Below are positions 37,183-46,769 of a stretch of DNA of 64,000 bases, piece by piece (position 1 is the first letter of the stretch; every line of letters starts with the position of its first letter). A program made the position numbers and the translations under genes. Under the pieces are notes generated by a model. That model ran no database searches. It was not told where the DNA came from and was given only the letters and a program-made list of their open reading frames with translations. Source of the stretch: an archaeon (lineage in GTDB: Archaea; EX4484-52; WAPT01); the NCBI GenBank assembly GCA_029258795.1, contig JAPDKB010000002.1, forward strand, positions 50,822-114,821. Direction: 5' to 3'.

Positions 37183-38480
37183 TGGTTATGCACGAGCTTG
37201 TTATCGAGGGCAGGTTTGTAACACTTGATGGTGTGAAATCCGGTTACATCGGGATTGATGGTGACAGGATTTCTGAGGTATCGCTTAGCGCTATAAAAGG
37301 AAAGAACAAAAAGAGGTTTGCGCAGGAGTGCCTCATTTTTCCGGGATTTATCGATATTCATGTTCACCTCCGTGAGGATGAGAGCCGGAAGTGGGTGCAT
37401 AAGGAAGATTTTAAGACAGGGAGTTTAGCAGCCATTAACGGAGGCGTGACCCGTGTTGTTGACATGCCAAACACACCAGCCACAGGCACCACAAGAGAAA
37501 GGATTGAGAACAAGATTGAGCGTGCAAGAAAAGCCAAAATTCCGGTGCAGTTTTATGGCGGTATTGCAACAAACAATCTGGAAGACCTTGAAAAAATGAA
37601 AGATGTTGTGATCGGTTACAAGGGCTTTCTTTGCCAGAGCACGGGTGATATGACCATAAACTATGAGATTCTGGAAAGGGCCATCCAGAAGATCAGAGAT
37701 GCTGGTTTGCCATTAACTCTCCACTGCGAGGAGCAGAGCATGGTTGATGAACTACAGAAAAAATACGCGAACTCCAGTTTGGGTGTGCTTGCTCATCCAG
37801 AAATAAGGGCTCCAGAGACAGAGTATGTTTGCGTGGAGAAGGTGTTGAAGCTTGCGGAAAAATATGATGGTATGCATTTCAACATAGCTCACGTTTCCAC
37901 GCCGGAAGCAATGGAGATGGTTGAGAAAGCTAGGGAAAGGGGGCTTAAAGTTACGTGCGAGGTTACACCTCACCACCTCTTTTTCAGCAAGAGCGCGATG
38001 AAGAAGAAAGGAGCGTATCTCAAAATGAACCCTCCTTTAAGAGACGAGGAAAGGAGGAGGAAGCTTCTGAACATGGTTAAGGAGGGCAAAGCTGATTTTG
38101 TGGCAAGTGACCATGCACCCCACACCATAGAGGAGAAGGAAAGCGAAAATCCTCCGAGTGGGGTTCCGCAGCTTGATACCTACGGTATTTTTGCAGGGTG
38201 GCTGATCAGGGAGGAAAAACTCGACCCAGCCTTGATATTGAAAATGTGTTCCTACAACCCTGCAAGATTCCTCGGGCTTGAGGATGAGGGCAAAATAGAG
38301 GCAGGATGTAGAGCAAACCTGACCGTGCTTGACACGAAGCACAGTATTAAGGTGGAGAATGATATGGTTAAGAGCAAATGCGGATGGACACCATTCGATG
38401 GCTTAACATTTCCATCATGCGTCGCTGCTGTAATGTTGAATGGTGAGGTTCTTGCGGAATATCACGAGCTCTTCATGTGA
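37182..38480 (+). CDS. pyrC: Dihydroorotase (cyclic amidohydrolase)
   Basis: Metal-binding GFIDIHVHLRED, later HCEE and VASDHAPH; immediately follows the pyrK-pyrD fusion; start overlaps upstream stop. Confidence 0.75.
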   Translation: MVMHELVIEGRFVTLDGVKSGYIGIDGDRISEVSLSAIKGKNKKRFAQECLIFPGFIDIHVHLREDESRKWVHKEDFKTGSLAAINGGVTRVVDMPNTPATGTTRERIENKIERARKAKIPVQFYGGIATNNLEDLEKMKDVVIGYKGFLCQSTGDMTINYEILERAIQKIRDAGLPLTLHCEEQSMVDELQKKYANSSLGVLAHPEIRAPETEYVCVEKVLKLAEKYDGMHFNIAHVSTPEAMEMVEKARERGLKVTCEVTPHHLFFSKSAMKKKGAYLKMNPPLRDEERRRKLLNMVKEGKADFVASDHAPHTIEEKESENPPSGVPQLDTYGIFAGWLIREEKLDPALILKMCSYNPARFLGLEDEGKIEAGCRANLTVLDTKHSIKVENDMVKSKCGWTPFDGLTFPSCVAAVMLNGEVLAEYHELFM

Positions 38481-38593
38481 ACGACTTCTGCCGATTGTTT
38501 TGAAAAAAACGGTATAAGGGACGAAAACCTTTATATAATTCCGCATGCCTAAATAAACATAGCTAATCTTAAAACGGTTGAGGGGTGAATTAG

Positions 38594-38890
38594 ATGGCGA
38601 AGAAGGGAAAGAAGAGGTACTTTGTTTTGCTGGATGACAAGGGCAATGAAATCGGTGTCTTTACCGGAAGGCAGCCAAGACAGGCAGCTCTTAAGGCTGC
38701 TACAAGGGGTTACACCAAAATCAGATTGAGAGAGAGGGGAACAAACAAGATCCACATCTATCAGGGTAGTAGGAAGAAGGTGCCTGCTCCAGCCAACGCA
38801 CCAGAATGGATGGGTAAGGAAGTGTGGAAGCCAGTGGTTAAGAAGGTAGGAATCGAGAAGATCGAGAAGAAAAGGAAAAAGAAGAAGTAA
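38594..38890 (+). CDS. Chromosomal protein MC1
   Basis: 98 aa; RYFVLLDDKGNEIGVFTGRQPRQAALKAATRGYTKIRLRERGTNKIHIY closely matches MC1 as recalled from Methanosarcina. Confidence 0.75.
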   Translation: MAKKGKKRYFVLLDDKGNEIGVFTGRQPRQAALKAATRGYTKIRLRERGTNKIHIYQGSRKKVPAPANAPEWMGKEVWKPVVKKVGIEKIEKKRKKKK

Positions 38891-38936
38891 ATTTATTCAG
38901 GCGCTGACAACATAAGATGGTCAGCGCCCCTCTTTT

Positions 38937-40163
38937 CTATTTTTTCCATGCCACAAGTGTTGTTTGCCTTTCTTTAAGTTTGTTGAGGAGCTTGCTTATG
39001 CTTTTGAGATGGAGATTGCACTTCATTTCATTTTCAACGATTTTGATGGCTTGTTCCACACTTTCCATGATTCGTGGTTTCGTTCTCATCGCTTCCCTCA
39101 CAGTTTCCCTGACCACCCACACACCCAAAGGAGCCCAGTAGTCCGGCAGGATTTCCCTCACAATCAGCACACTCGCCTGCCTTTTTATCTTTGCAAGATG
39201 TTCCAGCACGGCAAGACGGGAAGCGTAGTAACCACCAGCGGTCTCATCCACATACTTTTTGCGGGAGGTGAAGTCCTCGTAATCCTTTGTGATGTAATAC
39301 CTCTTTCCAAATTTCTTCCACTCGCCAATCGGGTGGGCTATTTCCACCAGCTCGAATTTCCATGTGGAGGGAAAAAGCAGAACCCAGAATCGATTGCCGT
39401 TGTACTCAGCATAGTGAATCATCACGGAATCCACCACATCATATTGCCTTATCTCATTGATGAAGTGCTTCCCCAGCATGTCATCCACAGCCGTTATGCT
39501 CCACCTCGTGGGAACGAGCTTCCTCTGCTTTTTCACGCCCAGCATGCCAACAGAAAGCACCCTTGAGAGTACGTTTTCATCCACACCTCTCACATAAAGT
39601 TCAACTAAGGCATCGGTTGCTTTCAGGTCGGAATCGTAATATGCTTTCTCCACCCTTCTGTCAACTTTAGGATTTTCCGCGAGCACCATTCTTTTCAATT
39701 TACCCCTCAACCCCACAGGAGAAAAAACGTAGGAAAAGTTAACCTCTATGGATGGTTTTTTCATGAACTCCACTTCTGTTAGCACGCTTCTCCTTGCCAT
39801 CGCAATTTCGTGCACCATCTCCACAAGTTTGGAAGGGGTTTTAACACTTGTTTTGAAAGCGGGATTTATCATGCTCAACCTCTTGGCAAGTACTGAGGCG
39901 ACATCCAGCTTCTGCGTGAACCAGAGGCGTGGAGCATCATAGTATTCAGGAGAGTTATCCTTAACGCCCAGCGCACCAACATTAACAGCAGGATACCCGA
40001 ATCTCCCCACAAAGACAGAAGGAGGGGTGTAGAGCTCATCCCTCTCCTTTATTTGAGTTGCCCTCTCCTTCAGCTTCAGCGCTTCCACGAAGTAGCACGG
40101 CTTTCCGCAGAGGTTTTTACCCTTGCATTTAACACAGAGCGCGGGGTCTATTATCTTGCCCAT
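38937..40163 (-). CDS. Nre-family (NreA-like) protein, putative DNA repair
   Basis: 408 aa; N-terminal Cys motif CVKCKGKNLCGKPC; overall size and pattern recalled for archaeal Nre proteins; not verified. Confidence 0.5.
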   Translation of the reverse strand: MGKIIDPALCVKCKGKNLCGKPCYFVEALKLKERATQIKERDELYTPPSVFVGRFGYPAVNVGALGVKDNSPEYYDAPRLWFTQKLDVASVLAKRLSMINPAFKTSVKTPSKLVEMVHEIAMARRSVLTEVEFMKKPSIEVNFSYVFSPVGLRGKLKRMVLAENPKVDRRVEKAYYDSDLKATDALVELYVRGVDENVLSRVLSVGMLGVKKQRKLVPTRWSITAVDDMLGKHFINEIRQYDVVDSVMIHYAEYNGNRFWVLLFPSTWKFELVEIAHPIGEWKKFGKRYYITKDYEDFTSRKKYVDETAGGYYASRLAVLEHLAKIKRQASVLIVREILPDYWAPLGVWVVRETVREAMRTKPRIMESVEQAIKIVENEMKCNLHLKSISKLLNKLKERQTTLVAWKK

Positions 40164-40255
40164 AGGGAAATGTAGGGCGCGCAGTTTTTAATTAGTAAAA
40201 CCAAAACTAGGACATATCCAAAAATATTTAATAGTGTTATCCCAATTCATCTCCT

Positions 40256-40537
40256 GCGGCAGGGCTAGGCCGGGGAGCTAGCCCCTCCCTGTAACCGCAA
40301 ACGGGCTAACGGCGGGGCCGAAAACCGGGGGGCGGGCGATTGGCGGCTCGCTGGGCAGCTTGCTGCTGAACAATGACTCTCTGCCCCCGAAGGCCGCTGT
40401 ACCGGTGAACCGGGTCAGGCCCGGAAGGGAGCAGCCCTAAGCCGGTACTTCGGTGCTTCGGGATCAGCGGAGAGGAGGTAGGCAGCATCTCTGCCCGCGA
40501 GCTTAGCCGCGCTCCACCCCCGGGAAGCCCTGCCGCG
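40256..40537 (+). ncRNA. Signal recognition particle RNA (7S/SRP RNA)
   Basis: Helix-8 core GGUGAACCGGGUCAGGCCCGGAAGGGAGCAGCCCUAAGCC; 5' GCGGCAGGGCUAGGCCGGGG pairs with 3' CCCCGGGAAGCCCUGCCGC; GC-rich ~280 nt; TATA-like AAAATATTTAA about 30 nt upstream. Confidence 0.75.
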
Positions 40538-40564
40538 TAATTTTGCAAAAGGGTGTGGAGTTGC

Positions 40565-41368
40565 ATGAAGCGCGAGAAAAGGAGTATGACCGCAAGAAGG
40601 GTGGAGATGGTTGTTTTTATTTTGCTTGTGTTCGCTTTCTCACTTGGTCTTATGATGGGAAGCGCAGGTTATCTTGCAGAACTCATGATTAAAAGTGGTT
40701 TGGAGCAGCAAAAAGAGGTTAAGAGTGTGGAGGAGCTGACGGGGAGCAGAGCTTTTGAGGGTAACAACACCGCAAGCGTGACTATACCTGCTGTTATGGC
40801 AAACGATACGGGAGTTTACGCAACTCTCGTTGTAAGGGCCGTGCCTGGAACCGGAAAGATTTTCGTGCAGATGAACAACTTGCTTGTGAATGATGACACG
40901 CAGCAGTCCATAAGGAAAGCGGCACTGGTGGCTTCAAAGCTCGCGGATGTCAATCTAAGCACCGTTGATCTTTATTACGAGATTAACGCCCCAGCCACCG
41001 AGCTTGAAGGAGGGAGTGGAGGAGCAACAATCGCTGTTGCGACTTATGCAGCACTTACCGGCAAGAAGCTTCGAGACGATGTGATGATGACCGGGAGCAT
41101 AAATCACGATGGCACGGTGAGCATAGCGAGCAAGGTGATAGAAAAGGCAAAGGTTGCAGAGAGTTTGGGGATGAAGTACTTTCTCGTGCCCAAAGGCATG
41201 AAAATGCTTTACGATTACAAGCCCACAACTTTTTGCTATGAGTGGCAAGATGGTGTGGAGTTCTGCGATACAGAATACGAGCGCGTCAAAACAGAGCTTT
41301 GGAACTTGAGCGTTGAAGTCGTGGAGGTAAGCACGCTTCGGGAAGCTCTGAAGTATTTTTTGGAGTGA
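40565..41368 (+). CDS. Membrane-anchored Lon-like (S16 family) protease domain protein without AAA+ module
   Basis: N-terminal TM helix; C-terminal EGGSGGATIAVATYAALTGKKLRDDVMMTGSINHDGTVSIASKVIEKAKVAESLGMKYFLVP resembles the Lon proteolytic domain. Confidence 0.6.
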   Translation: MKREKRSMTARRVEMVVFILLVFAFSLGLMMGSAGYLAELMIKSGLEQQKEVKSVEELTGSRAFEGNNTASVTIPAVMANDTGVYATLVVRAVPGTGKIFVQMNNLLVNDDTQQSIRKAALVASKLADVNLSTVDLYYEINAPATELEGGSGGATIAVATYAALTGKKLRDDVMMTGSINHDGTVSIASKVIEKAKVAESLGMKYFLVPKGMKMLYDYKPTTFCYEWQDGVEFCDTEYERVKTELWNLSVEVVEVSTLREALKYFLE

Positions 41369-41457
41369 TAAGTTTTTGCAAGAAATTGCCAATATTATGC
41401 AAAAACTGTGAAATCGAAAACTCAGAACTTTAAACATTCTTGAGATCCATGAATTGG

Positions 41458-41588
41458 CGCCGCGGGCCGGATTTTCACTTCTCAAAGAGCAGGTTTCCTC
41501 TTTTATTCCCAGCTCCGCTTCGAACCGGCGCGCCCTTGCGGGCAGTGGCTCTCGAGGCCACCGCACTACCTGGCTATGCGACCGCGGC
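41458..41588 (-). tRNA. tRNA-Ser (anticodon CGA, tentative) with T-loop intron
   Basis: Reverse complement: acceptor GCCGCGG/CCGCGGC+G+CCA; anticodon arm GTGGC-CTCGAGA-GCCAC; long variable arm TGCCCGCAAGGGCGC; T-stem GCCGG...CCGGC split by ~48 nt. Confidence 0.6.
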
Positions 41589-41641
41589 GCGAAGAATACC
41601 ACTACTCAATTAACATACTATTGGGTGGAGCTTTAAAATCT

Positions 41642-42115
41642 TTACTCCTTGATCTTCTTCTCAAACTCCAGAATCTGGTGTTTGAGCCTCACAAGCACAT
41701 CGGTGGTTTTGCTGAGCGATTCCTTCAACTTCTCCTTTTCTTTCTCAAGCTCTTTTATCTCTTCCTCTAAGGTTGCTTTTTCAGCGGTAAGCTTTGCGAC
41801 TTCATCCTTCAAACTCTTCAGTTCTATCTCCATCTGTTCCTTTTCCTTTGTTAGCTTGCTGACCTTCTGGCTCAGCTCTTTTCTCGTATGCTCAAGCTCT
41901 TCAACCTCAAGCTTCAGCTGTTGCTCTTCCGTGGTAAGTTCCTTCAACTTGTTTTCAAGCCGCTTTTTCTCTTCCTTTATCTTTATTGCTTCTTCTATGC
42001 TTTTTTCAAGCACATCCAGAATGTTCGCGAGCTCTTTCTCATACTCCCCAGACATCTGCGCTTCTTGTTTCTTGGAACCTCCGTTTCCCATTAGCTCACC
42101 TCCATCTGAAAACAC
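41642..42115 (-). CDS. Coiled-coil protein (hypothetical)
   Basis: 157 aa, heptad-rich E/K/L sequence (KRLENKLKELTTEEQQLKLEVEELE...). Confidence 0.45.
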   Translation of the reverse strand: MFSDGGELMGNGGSKKQEAQMSGEYEKELANILDVLEKSIEEAIKIKEEKKRLENKLKELTTEEQQLKLEVEELEHTRKELSQKVSKLTKEKEQMEIELKSLKDEVAKLTAEKATLEEEIKELEKEKEKLKESLSKTTDVLVRLKHQILEFEKKIKE

Positions 42116-42206
42116 TGCCTGAGAATTAAGTATTGTTCACCCCTATAAATAATTTTCGAAAAAATACTCAAAAAATATAATAGGGTGTTTCACCACAAAA
42201 CAACTC

Positions 42207-43193
42207 ATGGAAATTCAGTACACTTACGAGAACCTGAACTGGATAATACTGACAGCAGGGATCATAATCATTCTACACCTTCTCGTGCTGAAAAAAAGCA
42301 GGGAGCGCGTGATTCTCTTTGCAAATTACGAAACGCTCAGAAAGGTTACTGGAGGTGAGCTAATACATCGCAATCTTGTGCCTCTTACCCTAAGAGTTCT
42401 GGCAGTTATATGTCTTTTGCTCGCGATTTCCAACCTAAAGATTATCGTGATAAAGCCGGTTTCCGATGTGGACTTCGTCATTACAATAGATACTTCCCCC
42501 ACCATGCTCAGCTCTGATGGAGGCAATTTCACCCCCAGCAGGTTGGAAGTGGCTAAAATGGCTGCCGAGCAGGTTGTGGATGTGCTGCCCGAAACCACCA
42601 AGGTGGGTGTAGTAACATTTGCGGGCAAAGCCAAATTGAAACTTCAACTCACCAACAATAAAGAAGTCATAAAGAAAACGCTTGATTCCATCTCTCTTGA
42701 GGGGCCTGCGGGCACAGCCATTGGTGATGCAGTAATTGTGGCCTCAATGCTCCTCTCCAACTCAACCAAGGACAAAAAGGTTGTGGTGCTGATCACAGAC
42801 GGTAAATCGAATAAGGGCGTATCTATCAACGAATCCGCAAAGTTCGCCCTTGACCATGGTGTGCGCGTCAACGCTATAGGTGTGGGAAAAAAGAACGTCA
42901 CTGTGCCCTTCAACATTACAGAGCTGAATTTGACCGAGCTAATCAACGAAAATGCCACCATTTATATGGGAGAGGCGCTGGATGAACAAGCCCTGCAGTA
43001 CCTTGCAAACATGACGGGAGGCAAGTACTTCTACGTTCAGAACAGCACGCAGATGCTGGAAGCTTTCAAGGAATCCGTGCTGAAAGCCAATGCCGTTGAG
43101 CTGAATGTGAGAAAGTGGGCCATAATTATTGGCGTCATACTTCTCATTCTCGAATGGGCGCTTGGCGCAACCAAATACAAAACTTTACCCTGA
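42207..43193 (+). CDS. von Willebrand factor A (vWA) domain membrane protein (BatA-like)
   Basis: N-terminal TM helices; MIDAS-like DTSPTMLSSDG, later TAIGDAV and VLITDGKSN. Confidence 0.65.
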   Translation: MEIQYTYENLNWIILTAGIIIILHLLVLKKSRERVILFANYETLRKVTGGELIHRNLVPLTLRVLAVICLLLAISNLKIIVIKPVSDVDFVITIDTSPTMLSSDGGNFTPSRLEVAKMAAEQVVDVLPETTKVGVVTFAGKAKLKLQLTNNKEVIKKTLDSISLEGPAGTAIGDAVIVASMLLSNSTKDKKVVVLITDGKSNKGVSINESAKFALDHGVRVNAIGVGKKNVTVPFNITELNLTELINENATIYMGEALDEQALQYLANMTGGKYFYVQNSTQMLEAFKESVLKANAVELNVRKWAIIIGVILLILEWALGATKYKTLP

Positions 43194-43197
43194 AAAA

Positions 43198-44193
43198 CTA
43201 TAACCCCCTTCCTGCAGCCCACACATCCAGCCAGTGTATAATCGGCTTGACGAAGGGCTCGTCCGTTATGTATTTCAGGAGATGTACTCCCGCCCTGTGA
43301 AATCCTTTCTCTACCATCTTCATTTGCTTTAAGGCCTCTCTCTTGTATTCTTCAGCATACTTATCCAGATCCACCTCCATGACTTTACCTGTCAGCGGAT
43401 CTTTTAATCTATAATAACCAGTACCCTTGGGAAGCTCGATGTCGCGTCGGTCACGCACCATTATGCCCAGAACACCCTCAAATTTGGATGACGCCATCCT
43501 TAACTTATCCTCCCAATCCCCCTGCAAACCGATAAAATCGGAGATGATGAAGAGCATGGTTTCCCTTCTGAGGATCTTCACAGCGAAATCCAGAGCTGAA
43601 GAGAAGTCCTTTTTTCCTTTCCAGTTTCTTCTGTCGAGCATGGCTGAAAGGATGCGGTAATAGTGTGCGCTCTCTTTTAACGGAGGTACAAATCTATTTA
43701 TCTTATCAGAAAACATGATGATCCCGGCATTATCTCCATTCTCAAGCGTGGCGTAGGTAATGGCGCCAGCTATAAGCGTTGCGTACTCACTTTTCAGCCG
43801 TTTAGCGGTGCCAAAAAGCATGGTGGGGGAGGCATCAACCATTACAACTACATCAAGATCACGTTCCTGTTCAAAAACCTTAACGTAAAGCTTTGTAATT
43901 GTGCCACCAGCGTTGACCCTCAGAGTCGATTTCCAGTCGATAAGGGAAGCGTCATCACCTTCCTCATACTGCCTGAGTCCGTAGAACTCAAGACCCTTGC
44001 CCCTGAAAACCACCTTGTACTTCAAAACCAGCCTGAAAATGTCCGCAAGTTTCTTGACTTCAACATCTATTTCCTTAACAAGCTTCTTGACTTCCTCAGG
44101 AACTTCACGCCTTCTTTTTGCTTTTTCCAGCTCTCTTTCCAACTTTTTCTTGTGCGCTTTTCTGTTAACAAGCTTCTTTATTTTTGGGCTCAT
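43198..44193 (-). CDS. DUF58-family protein (vWA-like fold)
   Basis: 331 aa; SLIDWKSTLRV and VVVMVDASPTMLFG motifs characteristic of DUF58. Confidence 0.6.
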   Translation of the reverse strand: MSPKIKKLVNRKAHKKKLERELEKAKRRREVPEEVKKLVKEIDVEVKKLADIFRLVLKYKVVFRGKGLEFYGLRQYEEGDDASLIDWKSTLRVNAGGTITKLYVKVFEQERDLDVVVMVDASPTMLFGTAKRLKSEYATLIAGAITYATLENGDNAGIIMFSDKINRFVPPLKESAHYYRILSAMLDRRNWKGKKDFSSALDFAVKILRRETMLFIISDFIGLQGDWEDKLRMASSKFEGVLGIMVRDRRDIELPKGTGYYRLKDPLTGKVMEVDLDKYAEEYKREALKQMKMVEKGFHRAGVHLLKYITDEPFVKPIIHWLDVWAAGRGL

Positions 44194-44319
44194 GCAAGAT
44201 GATTTGGTTAAGCTTCCCTAAAAAAGTTTCTCTAATTTTGTGGCTCTGAGATTAAGTATCATAACTTCGTTCACCGAAAAATATATATAGAATGTTAATC
44301 CAATTTTAAAGTAATTCGG

Positions 44320-44946
44320 TTGGGTGAGATGAAAATGCCATCTCGTAGAGCAATTAAAGATGAAGAATACGAAATACCCTATGATGATTATGAAGTAATG
44401 CCTATAAATCCGTTGCGCAGACTTGAGAAAAGGTTGGAAGCTCTGGAGGAGTCAAGAACACTCTCCAATCTCGAAAGATTTATAGACAAGATAATCGATA
44501 TGACTGAGCTAAATCAAAAGATTGTTGAGGAGGTTGTAAGGTCTAATCAGGGTTTGAGAGAAGAGATTGAAGTGCTTGTGGGCAAGCTGGATAAGCTTGA
44601 GGAAAAAATAGAGCAGTTCGTGGACATTTTGAAAATGCTTGGTGAGGAGGAAGCCAGAAGTGGTGGAGAGGAAGTCATGATGAAGATTGCAGAGAAATTT
44701 GATGATATCGCCAACAAAATAGCGGAGAGTAACACAAACGTTCTGCAGGCTTTGACATCCATCGATAAGCGTCTGAAGAAGCTCGCGAGTGAAGGGTCAC
44801 ACATCCACGCAATGCACAAGCCGTCCGCACCACCCGCATCTCCGGCACCACACGGAATGGGGTCGGGAATGCCGCCCACTCCATCAGAATTTGGAGCACC
44901 CCAACCAACCTCTCCAGGTCCTACTCCTCCACTCAAAAGAATATGA
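44320..44946 (+). CDS. Coiled-coil protein with proline-rich C-terminus (hypothetical)
   Basis: 208 aa; coiled-coil core and PSAPPASPAPHGMGSGMPPTPSEFGAPQPTSPGPTPP tail. Confidence 0.45.
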   Translation: MGEMKMPSRRAIKDEEYEIPYDDYEVMPINPLRRLEKRLEALEESRTLSNLERFIDKIIDMTELNQKIVEEVVRSNQGLREEIEVLVGKLDKLEEKIEQFVDILKMLGEEEARSGGEEVMMKIAEKFDDIANKIAESNTNVLQALTSIDKRLKKLASEGSHIHAMHKPSAPPASPAPHGMGSGMPPTPSEFGAPQPTSPGPTPPLKRI

Positions 44947-44952
44947 TAAGGG

Positions 44953-45165
44953 GTGATGATGATGGATAAGCAGACGAAAAAAATAATAGAATCGATTGAA
45001 TATTTCGTGCTTCTGCTGGCTCTGGCCATGATAGGTGTGCTGATGGGTATGATGAGTGTTGTGCAGAATCAGCAGGATATGCTCGTGATAATTTCGATGA
45101 TGAATGTGATGGGAATACTGCTTGCGGACATGTTGCTGTTCAAGATTTACAGAGAGAAGAAATGA
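44953..45165 (+). CDS. Small membrane protein (hypothetical)
   Basis: 70 aa with two hydrophobic helices, between the coiled-coil gene and the pilin genes. Confidence 0.3.
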   Translation: MMMMDKQTKKIIESIEYFVLLLALAMIGVLMGMMSVVQNQQDMLVIISMMNVMGILLADMLLFKIYREKK

Positions 45166-45184
45166 TAATTGAGAGGTGGATTAA

Positions 45185-45646
45185 ATGATGAGGAAAGGTC
45201 TGACGCCTATCATAGCGATGGTTTTGCTTTTAATGCTGGCTATAGCCGCAGGAGGTATGCTTTTTGTTTTTGCACAAAAGATGCAGTCGAGTTTACAGGA
45301 AAATGTCCAAAAAGAAATGTTGTCTGAAGCAGAGAGGCAGGCGATGAGGGTTGCTATAGTTAGTGTCTACAAGACAAGTGAGGGTAAAATTGGTGTGGCT
45401 GTAAGAAATATAGGAAGGAAAGATATTCCTACAGATTACATAAGTCTTTATCTAAATGGACAACCCGTATCCGATGTTACCTTCAATTGCGACGGCACAA
45501 TTCAAGTTTTTAAAACCTGTGGATTGAAATTAGACAACATGGACTTTCCGGGAGATGGTGAGCGGTTTACTATCAGAGTGGATGCTCCCGGGAACACTGA
45601 TACTAAAGTATGTAAATCAGAGGGCGGGATGTGCGTTCCTCCATAA
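45185..45646 (+). CDS. Archaeal type IV pilin-like protein (class III signal peptide)
   Basis: MMRKGLTPIIAMVLLLMLAIAAGG: RKG followed by hydrophobic helix is the prepilin-peptidase substrate pattern. Confidence 0.6.
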   Translation: MMRKGLTPIIAMVLLLMLAIAAGGMLFVFAQKMQSSLQENVQKEMLSEAERQAMRVAIVSVYKTSEGKIGVAVRNIGRKDIPTDYISLYLNGQPVSDVTFNCDGTIQVFKTCGLKLDNMDFPGDGERFTIRVDAPGNTDTKVCKSEGGMCVPP

Positions 45647-45658
45647 ACCTTTTATTTT

Positions 45659-46315
45659 GTGGTGTTGAGTATGAGGCCGAAAGCTCAGGTTCAGGCAGTT
45701 TCCTATGTATTGGTGTTGGGAATAATCTTAGCCACGGTATCAGCAACCTATTTTTGGGGGTTACCCCTTCTTCAGAAAGGAGAGGCGACAAGCAAGCTCG
45801 AATCTGCAAAAAATACAGCAATGGAAATAGCAGACACTCTTAATGATGTTGCTACAACTGGCTCTCAGAAAACCCTGACCTTTAATCTTTACGGGATGGT
45901 TAAAATAGATCCAAACGATAATTCCATTTATTACATTATCAGGTCTCAAAAAAGCCCCTATGCCCTGAATGTGTGGATTCCGCTGGGTAGTGATGAACCA
46001 CATGGTGTGAAAGGTACGGAATGGGAAAATTCAACCGCGGTTTTGGGTCAGGATCCACCAGCAACTGTTCTTGTCAGGGCTGAAAGGTATGGTTCAGAAT
46101 ATGTTATTCTCTACAGGATCGCATTTAGAGAACTTTACGATTTGGATAGTGGGGAGAGTTATTATTATAATCTAACAGCAGGAGGTAATACTCAGGTGAC
46201 GGCAGGAAGGGCCACATTAACTCTTACTAAAGGAGAACCAACAAGAAGTGGAAGCAACAGTTTAGGCGGCAAAAGGATAAATGTACCGATCTATGCAGGA
46301 GTGAATTCTGGATAG
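45659..46315 (+). CDS. Pilin-like protein
   Basis: N-terminus MRPKAQVQAVSYVLVLGIILATV fits a class III signal peptide (K-A then Q and hydrophobic stretch). Confidence 0.45.
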   Translation: MVLSMRPKAQVQAVSYVLVLGIILATVSATYFWGLPLLQKGEATSKLESAKNTAMEIADTLNDVATTGSQKTLTFNLYGMVKIDPNDNSIYYIIRSQKSPYALNVWIPLGSDEPHGVKGTEWENSTAVLGQDPPATVLVRAERYGSEYVILYRIAFRELYDLDSGESYYYNLTAGGNTQVTAGRATLTLTKGEPTRSGSNSLGGKRINVPIYAGVNSG

Positions 46316-46332
46316 TTTTTTTTAGTTTTAAG

Positions 46333-46767
46333 TTGGTGAGTGAATTGAAAAGAAAGGGTCAGACTTTAACCCTAGAACAGGTGCTCGTTTTCAGTATAGG
46401 TATTACTATGATTATATCTCTTTTAATTTTAGTTTCCAATATTTATCAGCAGTTGGGGAGAGAAGCCGATGCCGTAATGGGAGAAACAACGCTCATGTAC
46501 ATTTACGCTGCAGCAAGCCAGCTGGATAAAGAATCATTGCAGAATTACATAAAGATTCCACTTCCAACAACTTCCACATTTAGAGATTACCGAATAACAG
46601 GGATGGGAGAACTAGGTATAGGAATAGAATTACCCACCTATTCCATCGGTCTGCATTTATCGCTTCATGGAATTAAGGGCTTTTACGGAGCGGTTGAGAG
46701 TGATGATAAATATGCTGTGATTTCGACTGGTGGGGGTTCTCAATTTGTGGGGATCTCCCCACCATAG
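46333..46767 (+). CDS. Pilin-like protein
   Basis: N-terminus LKRKGQTLTLEQVLVFSIGITMIISLLILV (KG-Q class III signal pattern). Confidence 0.45.
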   Translation: MVSELKRKGQTLTLEQVLVFSIGITMIISLLILVSNIYQQLGREADAVMGETTLMYIYAAASQLDKESLQNYIKIPLPTTSTFRDYRITGMGELGIGIELPTYSIGLHLSLHGIKGFYGAVESDDKYAVISTGGGSQFVGISPP

Positions 46768-46769
46768 TT

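Noticed and set aside
40306-40566. 86-aa minus-strand ORF
   Set aside because: Lies entirely within the SRP RNA gene
41649-42122. Plus-strand 157-aa Ser/Phe-rich ORF
   Set aside because: Mirror image of the minus-strand coiled-coil gene; the low-complexity translation is typical of an antisense artefact
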